NCBI GenBank assembly: GCA_043823065.1
Contig: JBDRBB010000022.1
Span: 1 to 11,299 of the forward strand
Reading direction: 5' to 3'
DNA: 11,299 bases
Source: Pseudomonadota bacterium
GTDB taxonomy: Bacteria; UBA10199; 2-02-FULL-44-16; DYJF01
Both the position numbers and the translations under genes were made by a program. Below, in pieces: positions 1 through 7,800 of this stretch (the first letter of the stretch is position 1; every line of letters starts with the position of its first letter). The notes beneath the pieces are model-generated. The model saw only the letters and a program-made list of their open reading frames with translations. It ran no database searches and was not told the origin of the DNA.

Positions 1-11
1 GGAGGAAGAAT

Positions 12-1205
12 ATGTCAAAAGAGAAATTTGAAAGAACGAAACCGCATTTGAATGTGGGCACAATAGGTCACGTAGATCACGGCAAAACCACGCTAACAAG
101 CGCTATCACCAGATATCTGGCTGAGGAAAAAGGTTCAGGTACCTGGATGGCCTTTGATAATATAGATAAAGCACCAGAAGAAAGAGAACGCGGAATTACC
201 ATTGCAACCGCGCATGTGGAATATCAAACAGACAAACGTCACTATGCTCACGTAGATTGTCCAGGCCATGCAGACTATGTAAAGAACATGATCACTGGTG
301 CAGCGCAAATGGACGGAGCAGTATTGGTAGTGTCAGCTTCAGATGGTCCCATGCCCCAAACTCGTGAACATATCTTGCTAGCCCGTCAAGTAGGAGTTCC
401 AGCAATTGTAGTGTTCATGAATAAAGTAGATATGGTAGATGATCCAGAGTTGTTGGACTTGGTTGAATTGGAAGTAAGAGAGTTGCTCAATCAATATGAA
501 TTTCCTGGGGATAAAATACCAATAATAAGAGGGAGCGCGTTAAAGGCCATGGAAGGTGACAAGGGGGAAATGGGTTATCAATCCATGAAGAAGTTATTGG
601 ATGCTTTAGATGAATATATACCAGAGCCAGAGCGATCCACAGATAAGCCGTTCTTAATGCCGATTGAAGATGTGTTCAGTATTTCTGGAAGAGGCACAGT
701 GGTAACCGGCAGAATAGAACGTGGTATTGTAAAAGTAGGGGAAGAGATAGAGATTATAGGCATTAAAGATACCAGCAAGACAGTAGTAACTGGGGTAGAA
801 ATGTTTAGGAAGTTGCTGGATGAAGGCAGAGCAGGAGAGAACGTAGGTTTATTGCTTAGAGGCACGAAACGAGAAGAAGTGGAACGCGGCCAAGTATGTG
901 CCAAGCCCAAGAGCATAACTCCGCATAAGAAATTCAAAGCTGAAGTATATGTATTAAGCAAAGAAGAAGGTGGAAGACATACGCCATTTTTTAAGGGATA
1001 TAGGCCGCAATTTTATTTTAGAACAACAGACGTTACCGGAATTTGCCAATTACCAGAGAATGTAGAAATGGTAATGCCCGGAGATAACGTACAAATGGAA
1101 ATAGAACTAATAGCCCCAATTGCCATGGAAAAAGAATTGAGATTTGCCATTCGAGAAGGTGGCCGCACCGTGGGTGCTGGCGTGGTAACTGAGGTTGTTG
1201 AATAA
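12..1205 (+). CDS. tuf: Elongation factor Tu (397 aa)
   Basis: P-loop [35 protein letters not shown] and C-terminal [13 protein letters not shown] motifs. GGAGG Shine-Dalgarno at 1-5. Position upstream of rpmG-trnW-secE is the tufB-like locus. Confidence 0.99.
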   Translation: MSKEKFERTKPHLNVGTIGHVDHGKTTLTSAITRYLAEEKGSGTWMAFDNIDKAPEERERGITIATAHVEYQTDKRHYAHVDCPGHADYVKNMITGAAQMDGAVLVVSASDGPMPQTREHILLARQVGVPAIVVFMNKVDMVDDPELLDLVELEVRELLNQYEFPGDKIPIIRGSALKAMEGDKGEMGYQSMKKLLDALDEYIPEPERSTDKPFLMPIEDVFSISGRGTVVTGRIERGIVKVGEEIEIIGIKDTSKTVVTGVEMFRKLLDEGRAGENVGLLLRGTKREEVERGQVCAKPKSITPHKKFKAEVYVLSKEEGGRHTPFFKGYRPQFYFRTTDVTGICQLPENVEMVMPGDNVQMEIELIAPIAMEKELRFAIREGGRTVGAGVVTEVVE

Positions 1206-1220
1206 GAATAGGAAGCAGTT

Positions 1221-1370
1221 ATGAGAAATATAATTCAGCTAGCTTGTGCAGAATGCAAGAATCGCAATTACTCAACCACCAAAAACAAGCAGAAAATGCC
1301 TGCTCGTTTTGAAATCAAAAAGTATTGTCGGTTCTGTAGAAAACATACAGAGCACAAGGAGACAAAGTAA
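1221..1370 (+). CDS. rpmG: 50S ribosomal protein L33 (bL33), zinc-binding C+ form, 49 aa
   Basis: Not in the ORF track. Manual translation: [49 protein letters not shown]. Two CxxC pairs, typical RNYSTTKNK and KKYC motifs, canonical position between tuf and secE. Confidence 0.97.
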   Translation: MRNIIQLACAECKNRNYSTTKNKQKMPARFEIKKYCRFCRKHTEHKETK

Positions 1371-1382
1371 AGTCGACACAGT

Positions 1383-1455
1383 AGGGGAGTAGCTCAATTG
1401 GTAGAGCACCGGTCTCCAAAACCGGGGGTTGCGGGTTCGAAGCCTGTCTCCCCTG
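1383..1455 (+). tRNA. trnW: tRNA-Trp (anticodon CCA), 3' CCA tail not encoded
   Basis: Cloverleaf: acceptor AGGGGAG/CTCCCCT, D arm GCTC-AATTGGTA-GAGC, anticodon arm CCGGT-CTCCAAA-ACCGG, variable GGGTT, T arm GCGGG-TTCGAAG-CCTGT, discriminator G1455. Typical location before secE. Confidence 0.97.
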
Positions 1456-1488
1456 CTGCGGCGATCTTGCCTAAAAAGGAAGATAAAC

Positions 1489-1863
1489 ATGCGTAGAAGC
1501 AAAAAAAGTATCAGTTTAATTTATCTAACTTGTGCGGCAATTACCTGGGTGGTCCTGCGCCAATTGGCAGGAACAATTTGGGCCATAGCTCATTTACCTC
1601 AAATGGTGGGTTGGGTGGTTCCACCCACAGATATAATTTCTGCAGTTCTGGCATTAAGTGTTTTTCTAATCTTAATGAAAAATCAGAAAGTGAATACCTT
1701 TACACATGAGGTAATTACTGAACTTGCAGAAGTAAGTTGGCCGAAGCGCAAAGAAACTTTGTTATCAACCGGCATCGTTTCAATTTTAGTTGGTATTGCT
1801 GCTGGTATTTTGTTTGGATTTGATATGTTTTGGGGCATGATAGTACAGTTGTTTTACAAATAA
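1489..1863 (+). CDS. secE: Preprotein translocase subunit SecE, long form (124 aa, about 3 TM segments)
   Basis: EVITELAEVSWPKRKET matches the SecE cytoplasmic motif (E-L-x-K-V-x-W-P) and is followed by a C-terminal TM helix. Two further hydrophobic segments lie N-terminal. Start moved to ATG 1489 (AAGGA at 1476-1480) because the track's 1429 start lies inside the tRNA. Confidence 0.93.
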   Translation: MRRSKKSISLIYLTCAAITWVVLRQLAGTIWAIAHLPQMVGWVVPPTDIISAVLALSVFLILMKNQKVNTFTHEVITELAEVSWPKRKETLLSTGIVSILVGIAAGILFGFDMFWGMIVQLFYK

Positions 1864-1883
1864 ATTTAGAACGCGGAGTTATA

Positions 1884-2420
1884 ATGGCAAAGAAGTGGTA
1901 TGTTGTTCACACCTATTCAGGTTATGAACAAAAATCAAAAAAGGCATTGGAAGATCGCATTAAGAGACACAAAGTAGAACATCTTTTTGGCGAGATATTG
2001 GTTCCTTCTGAAGATGTGGTTGAGGTCAAAAAAGGAACTAAGCGCACTTCCAAACGCCAGTTTTTTCCAGGTTATATTTTGGTCAATTGTGATCTAAATG
2101 AAACTACCTGGCGCGTAGTTAAAGAAACACCTAAGATAACCGGTTTTGTTGGTGGTTCGTTAGAACCAGCAACAGTCTCAGAAGAAGAGGTAAAAAGAAT
2201 TACCAATCAAATTGAAGAAGGCACATTAAAACCAAAAGCCAAAATTGAATTTGAAAAAGGTGAAAATGTGCGAGTTACTAGCGGTCCATTTTCAACTTTC
2301 ACAGGTATTGTTGAAAATGTTAATGAACAAAAAGGAAAGCTCAGAGTTCTGGTCAGTATTTTTGGCAGAGCCACTCCTATAGAGCTAGACTTTACACAAG
2401 TGGAGAAAGTTACGCAGTAA
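1884..2420 (+). CDS. nusG: Transcription termination/antitermination factor NusG (178 aa)
   Basis: [16 protein letters not shown]-terminus, [49 protein letters not shown] at 1875-1878 supports ATG 1884. Confidence 0.98.
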   Translation: MAKKWYVVHTYSGYEQKSKKALEDRIKRHKVEHLFGEILVPSEDVVEVKKGTKRTSKRQFFPGYILVNCDLNETTWRVVKETPKITGFVGGSLEPATVSEEEVKRITNQIEEGTLKPKAKIEFEKGENVRVTSGPFSTFTGIVENVNEQKGKLRVLVSIFGRATPIELDFTQVEKVTQ

Positions 2421-2463
2421 CCTTTTATTGGTTATTGTATCTTGGAATTTTTTAGGAGGTAGT

Positions 2464-2892
2464 ATGGCAAAGAAAGTTTTAGCACAAGTAAAGTTACAAT
2501 GTCCAGGTGGTCAGGCTAATCCAGCCCCGCCAGTTGGTCCAGCTCTTGGTCAGCATGGTGTGAATATCATGGAGTTTTGCAAACAGTTTAACGCTAAAAC
2601 TCAAAAACAACCTGGAATGACTATTCCAGTGATAATCACCATTTACCAAGATCGGTCTTTTAGCTTTATTTTAAAAACACCACCAGCTGCGGTGCTCATT
2701 AAAAAAGCGCTTAAACTGGAAAAAGGTTCAGGTGTGCCTAATAAAAATAAAGTAGGTAAGATTACCAGAGCTCAATTAGAGGAAATCGCCAAGATCAAGC
2801 TCCCGGATTTAAATTGCGATTCTTTGGAATCAGCGGTCAGAACCATTGCTGGCACTGCCAAAAATATGGGAGTCGAAGTCGAAGGGTTATAA
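2464..2892 (+). CDS. rplK: 50S ribosomal protein L11 (uL11), 142 aa
   Basis: [35 protein letters not shown] and IAGTAKNMG motifs. AGGAGGT RBS at 2454-2460 supports ATG 2464. Confidence 0.99.
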   Translation: MAKKVLAQVKLQCPGGQANPAPPVGPALGQHGVNIMEFCKQFNAKTQKQPGMTIPVIITIYQDRSFSFILKTPPAAVLIKKALKLEKGSGVPNKNKVGKITRAQLEEIAKIKLPDLNCDSLESAVRTIAGTAKNMGVEVEGL

Positions 2893-2904
2893 AGGAGGAA
2901 TTTC

Positions 2905-3600
2905 ATGTCTGGCAAGAAATATGCGGCAAGCCGCGAAAAAGTAGATAGAGAGAAAAAATATTCTTTAGATGAAGCCCTGCAAATATTGGAGTCTTTTGAT
3001 AAGGCCAAATTTGATGAAATGGTGGATGTGGCTATTTGTTTAGGTGTTGATCCCAAACAAACAGATCAACAAGTGCGCGCTAGTTGCACTTTGCCTAATG
3101 GTATTGGTAAAACAGTGCGTGTTGCTGTATTTGCCAAAAGCGATAAGCAAAAGGAAGCTCAAGATGCTGGTGCAGATATTGTTGGAGCCGAAGATTTAGC
3201 AGAAAAAATCCAGAAAGGCTGGATGGAATTTGACAGCGTTATAGCTACTCCAGATATGATGGGCGTAGTTGGTAAACTCGGTAAAGTATTAGGACCTCGT
3301 GGCCTCATGCCTAATCCTAAATTAGGCACAGTTACTTTTGATATTGCCAGAACAGTGAATGAAGTAAAAGCCGGGAAAGTTGAATTTAGGACTGAAAAAG
3401 GTGCTATTGTTCACGCACCTGTTGGCAAGAGGTCATTTGGTGCCGCAAAATTAAAAGCAAATATCGAGGCTTTGGTTGAAGCCTTGGTCAAGGCCAAACC
3501 AGCAACAGCCAAGGGTATTTATATTAAATCTATGAGCATTTCTGGTACTATGACACCTGGGGTTAAGGTGGATGTAACTCAATATCAGAAGAGCGTATAA
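2905..3600 (+). CDS. rplA: 50S ribosomal protein L1 (uL1), 231 aa
   Basis: [37 protein letters not shown] and KPATAKGIY motifs. AGGAGG RBS at 2893-2898. Confidence 0.99.
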   Translation: MSGKKYAASREKVDREKKYSLDEALQILESFDKAKFDEMVDVAICLGVDPKQTDQQVRASCTLPNGIGKTVRVAVFAKSDKQKEAQDAGADIVGAEDLAEKIQKGWMEFDSVIATPDMMGVVGKLGKVLGPRGLMPNPKLGTVTFDIARTVNEVKAGKVEFRTEKGAIVHAPVGKRSFGAAKLKANIEALVEALVKAKPATAKGIYIKSMSISGTMTPGVKVDVTQYQKSV

Positions 3601-3603
3601 AAT

Positions 3604-3674
3604 CGACCATAGACCATGGACAATTGACCATGGACTTTTCAGGATTTAGGTCAATGGTCTATAGTCAATAGTCG
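3604..3674. repeat. Inverted heptamer tandem repeats (GACCATR-like) forming an imperfect hairpin in the rplA-rplJ spacer
   Basis: Left arm GACCATA GACCATG GACAATT GACCATG GAC (3605-3635). Right arm GTCAATG GTCTATA GTCAATA GTCG (3650-3674). The reverse complement of 3650-3674 matches 3604-3628 at 20 of 25 positions. Confidence 0.85.
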
Positions 3675-3693
3675 TATTAGAAGAGGTGATAAA

Positions 3694-4215
3694 ATGAATC
3701 GTCAGGAAAAAGTTCAGGAACTGCAAAATTTAACCGAACGCTTTCAAAAAGCCAAAGCTTTGATCTTTGCTGATTATCGCAAATTAAAAGTTTCAGAAAT
3801 GAATCAATTGCGTTCAGAGCTTAGAAAAAACGATTGCACGTTAAAGGTTATCAAAAATCGTTTGGCTAAAAAAGTTTTGGAACAAGAAGGACTAAAAGAT
3901 TTGGAACAATATATAGATGGTCCAACTGCCTTGGCTACAACTGAAACGGAAACTGATATAGCCGGTGTTGCCAAAGCTTTAGTTGAATTTGCTAAAGATC
4001 ATGAATTTCTCAAGTTAAGAGGTGGCTTATTTGAAGGAAAAATAATTAGTTTTAAGGACATTGATGCTTTGGCCAAGCTGCCAAGCCGGGAAGTCTTGCT
4101 TGGTCGTCTTTTGGCTGCCATGAATTCCCCAGCAACCAATTTGGCTTGTGTACTTAATGCAGTGCCGCAAAAATTGGTTCGGACTATTGACGCAATCAGG
4201 GAGACGAAAAAATAA
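3694..4215 (+). CDS. rplJ: 50S ribosomal protein L10 (uL10), 173 aa
   Basis: ADYRKLKVSEMNQLRSELR, VIKNRLAK, GPTALA and LAKLPSREVLL motifs. GAGGTG RBS at 3683-3688. Conserved synteny. Confidence 0.98.
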   Translation: MNRQEKVQELQNLTERFQKAKALIFADYRKLKVSEMNQLRSELRKNDCTLKVIKNRLAKKVLEQEGLKDLEQYIDGPTALATTETETDIAGVAKALVEFAKDHEFLKLRGGLFEGKIISFKDIDALAKLPSREVLLGRLLAAMNSPATNLACVLNAVPQKLVRTIDAIRETKK

Positions 4216-4220
4216 CGTTT

Positions 4221-4300
4221 GCACTGAAATTCCGTGAATTACACGGAGCCCATTTTCATCGTAACATTATTGCAATGGTACGATAGAGAAATTGGGGTGC
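4221..4300 (+). promoter_or_regulatory. Putative structured RNA (three-way junction) in the rplJ-rplL spacer
   Basis: Pairings read by eye: GCAC 4221-4224/GTGC 4297-4300; TCCGTG 4231-4236/CACGGA 4242-4247; long arm 4249-4268/4274-4296. Function is not known. Confidence 0.45.
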
Positions 4301-4317
4301 TTTGTAGGAGGTTTAAT

Positions 4318-4695
4318 ATGGCTAACGTAGGTAAAACAGATATTATTGAGGCTCTCAAAGGAATGTCTTTGTTGGAAGTCTCAGAGCTCGTTAAAGAGCT
4401 GGAAAACACTTTTGGCGTAACCGCTGCTGCTCCAGTAGCTGTTGCCGCTGCTCCAGGCGCTGGCGCTGCTGCTGCTGAAGAAAAGACAGAATTTAATGTT
4501 GTCTTGGCTGATGCTGGTAGCAACAAAATTGGTGTTATTAAGGAAGTGCGCGCTATTACAGGTCTAGGCTTAAAAGAAGCCAAAGATTTTGTGGAAAGCG
4601 CTCCCAAGCCAGTTAAAGAAGGTGTAACCAAAGAAGAAGCTGAAGAAATGAAGAAGAAGCTGGAAGCTGCTGGTGCAAAAGTAGAAATTAAGTAA
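4318..4695 (+). CDS. rplL: 50S ribosomal protein L7/L12 (bL12), 125 aa
   Basis: [19 protein letters not shown], Ala-rich hinge, [41 protein letters not shown] at 4306-4312 supports ATG 4318 rather than the track's GTG 4234. Confidence 0.99.
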   Translation: MANVGKTDIIEALKGMSLLEVSELVKELENTFGVTAAAPVAVAAAPGAGAAAAEEKTEFNVVLADAGSNKIGVIKEVRAITGLGLKEAKDFVESAPKPVKEGVTKEEAEEMKKKLEAAGAKVEIK

Positions 4696-4716
4696 GAGAT
4701 TTTCTGTTAGTTTGTT

Positions 4717-4766
4717 TTCGGCTCCCTGTTTTTTTATTGAAAAACAGGGAGTCGAATAAGTTTTTT
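4717..4766 (+). terminator. Putative intrinsic terminator/attenuator between rplL and rpoB
   Basis: 17-bp stem TTCGGCTCCCTGTTTTT (4717-4733)/AAAAACAGGGAGTCGAA (4740-4756) with one G-U pair and a 6-nt loop, followed by TAAGTTTTTT. Same position as the known E. coli rplL-rpoB attenuator. Confidence 0.75.
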
Positions 4767-4785
4767 AAAACCAAAGTGTCGCGTT

Positions 4786-4820
4786 TACGAACGACGAAAG
4801 ACGAACGACGCTAGATGAAA
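4786..4820 (+). repeat. Degenerate heptamer tandem array (GACGAAM-like, 5 units)
   Basis: TACGAAC GACGAAA GACGAAC GACGCTA GATGAAA, ending 2 nt before the rpoB RBS. Confidence 0.7.
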
Positions 4821-4833
4821 ATAAGGAGTGCAT

Positions 4834-7800
4834 ATGACCGCAGTTCCTATTGGTCGTATTAGACGTGATTTTTCACAAATCAAAAATGTTTTAGATCTTC
4901 CGCAATTAATTGAAGTTCAGCAAAAATCGTTTAGAGAATTTTTACAATCAGATGTAACTCCAGAAGAGCGCTTAAATTTTGGTTTGCAGGGTGTTTTTAA
5001 GAGTGTCTTTCCGATCAGAGGGTTTACCCAAAGCGCTTCTTTAGAATTTGTCAGCTATCATCTTGATGCGCCAAAATATAGCGAAGCTGAATGTCGCACC
5101 AGAGGCATGACCTATGCTGCGCCCATGCGGGTTTTGGTGCGTTTGGTGGTTTGGGATATTGATGAAGAAACTCATGCTCAAACCATTCGCGATGTTAAAG
5201 AACAAGAAGTGTATTTTGGCGAAATACCTTTAATGACTGATTTTGGTACTTTTATCATTAATGGTATTGAAAGAGTTATTGTTTCCCAGTTGCATCGTAG
5301 CCCTGGCGTGTTTTTTGAACATGACAGAGGAAAAACTCATTCTTCTGGCAAACTTTTATATTCAGCTCGGGTTATCCCTTATCGCGGCGCTTGGTTAGAT
5401 TTAGAATTTGACGCTAAAGACATCTTATATGTCAGAATTGATAGGCGCCGCAAAATGCATGCCACCATCCTTTTGCGGGCTTTGGGTTATTCAGCAGAAG
5501 ATATCTTGAATATGTATTATCACAAGGAAAAGATATTTATTCCCAACAAGACAAAATTAAGCAAATCTGTGGTACCGGAAGTGCTATGCTATCAACGCGC
5601 TGTAAAAGACATTAAAGATAGTAATGATGAAATAATTATTAAAAAAGACCGAAAATTTAATAAGAACATTATAGAAAAAATTAAAAAAGCAAAGATTAAA
5701 GAAATTCCTACTACCATTGAAGATATTATTGGCAAAATAGCTGCAGAAGATGTGGTGGATGCCAACACTGGTGAAGTAATTTTGGAAGCTAACCATGTTT
5801 TGACTGAAGAAATTTTTGATCGTTTGGTAGAAGCTAAGATTACAGAAATCTCCTTGCTTTATATTGATGATCTAAATGTTGGTCCTTATCTCAGAAACAC
5901 ACTTTTAACTGACAAGGTTAATTCTCCAGAAGAAGCCAAGTTGGAGATCTACCGTCGTTTAAGACCAGGAGATCCTTCCACTCCAGAATCAGTTGCGGTT
6001 TTGTTCGAAAACTTGTTTTTTAATCCAGAGCGCTATGATCTTTCCAAAGTGGGCCGCTTAAAAATCAATTACAAATTTGGCATTAATATTCCTTTAGAAG
6101 TTGGCACGTTGCGTAAGGAAGACATTGTGGAAACAGTGCGCTATTTGGCTAAATTAAAAGATGGTGAAGGTGAAATTGATGATATCGACCATTTGGGAAA
6201 TCGCCGTGTACGTTCAGTAGGCGAATTGTTGGAAAATCAATATCGGGTTGGTTTAGTGCGTATGGAAAGAGCTATTCGCGAGCGCATGTCTTTGCAGGAT
6301 ATGGAAACGCTCATGCCACATGATTTGATTAATGCCAAACCAGTGCAAGCTGCGATTAAGGAATTTTTTGGTTCCAGTCAGCTTTCCCAATTTTTAGATC
6401 AAACCAATCCTTTGGCAGAAGTAACTCACAAACGCCGGCTTTCCGCTTTAGGACCAGGTGGCTTAACCAGGGAACGCGCAGGTTTTGAAGTGCGTGACGT
6501 GCATCCCACCCACTATGGTCGTATCTGTCCTGTGGAAACGCCAGAAGGACCAAATATCGGTTTGATTGCTTCTCTTTCAATTTGCGCTAGAGTAAATGAA
6601 TTTGGTTTTGTGGAAACTCCATATCGTAAAGTTGAGAATGGTAAAGTAACCGATGATGTTGTCTATTGTTCAGCCTTGGAAGAAGGAACTAATTTAATTG
6701 CTCAGGCGACAGCACCTGTTGATAAAGCAGGGCGCTTTACTGAAGATAAAGTGCAGTGTCGTTTGCATGGTGAATTTGTTTTAGGCAATCCCAAAGAAGT
6801 AACCTTGATGGACGTCTCACCTCAACAGTTGGTTTCTGTGGCAGCTTCGCTCATTCCATTTTTAGAGCACGATGATGCCAACCGTGCTTTAATGGGTTCC
6901 AACATGCAGCGTCAAGCAGTACCGCTTTTGCGTACTAGAGCTCCTTTGGTTGGTACTGGTGTAGAAGCAATTGTGGCCAGAGATTCTGGTGTAACTGTTG
7001 TAGCCAAACACAATGGTGTAGTAACCGAAGTAGATGCTAATCGCATTGTGGTTCAAAGCGAAAAGAGCGAGCGCAAAGGCGATGATTCCAGCGCTAATGT
7101 TTATGAATTGGTTAAATTTCAAAGATCTAACCAGGGCACTTGTATTAATCAAAAACCCATTGTCAAAAAAGGCGATCGCATAAAAAAGGGGGATGTAATT
7201 GCTGATGGCCAAGCCACTGATCGTGGTGAATTGGCTTTGGGTCAAAATGTGCTCGTGGCCTTTATGCCATGGGGTGGATACAATTTTGAAGATTCAATTT
7301 TGATTAGCGAACGTTTGGTTAAAGATGATATTTTTTCTTCCATTCATATTGAGGAATTTGAATGCACTGCCAGAGATACCAAGCTGGGCAAAGAAGATAT
7401 CAGCCGCGATATTCCCAATGTTGGCGATACTGCTCTAGCTAACCTGGACGCAGAAGGTATTATTCGCGTAGGCGCAGAAATCAAAAAAGACGATATTTTG
7501 GTTGGCAAAGTCACTCCCAAAGGTGAAACCCAGCTTTCTCCTGAAGAACGTTTGCTCAGAGCTATCTTTGGCGATAAAGCAGGAGATGTGAAAGACTCTA
7601 GTTTACGCGTTCCTCCAGGAGTCGAGGGCATCGTCATTCATACTCAGGTTTTCTCGCGCGAAGGCTCGGAACACGATATCCTGGAAGAAGAAACAGAAGC
7701 TGATGGAAAAAATAAAGGTAAGATCCAAAAGCAAATGGATATAGAGCTTAAGGCCATTCGTGAATCTGTGGGTAAAAAGATTAAAAAACTCTTGGCTGGA

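Noticed and set aside
3624..3665. Possible rplJ promoter (TTGACC 3624-3629; TATAGT 3660-3665)
   Set aside because: The two hexamers are 30 nt apart, neither has a properly spaced partner, and both are by-products of the repeat units.
3605..3674. CRISPR array or IS/MITE interpretation of the heptamer repeats
   Set aside because: Units are 7 nt with no spacers, there is no cas or transposase gene, and I see no clear target-site duplication.
4221..4300. Hammerhead ribozyme interpretation of the three-way junction (CTGAAAT linker)
   Set aside because: The core requires CUGANGA and a GAAA junction strand after stem II. Here the linker is CUGAAAU and only a single G follows P2.
4234..4317. N-terminal extensions implied by the ORF track (28 aa on L12; similarly secE 1429, nusG 1830, rplK 2428)
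   Set aside because: Clear Shine-Dalgarno sequences precede the downstream ATGs, which give canonical protein lengths. The extensions overlap a tRNA, upstream genes or structured spacers.
4422..4477. GCT/GCC-rich low-complexity run in rplL
   Set aside because: It encodes the normal Ala-rich flexible hinge of L7/L12.
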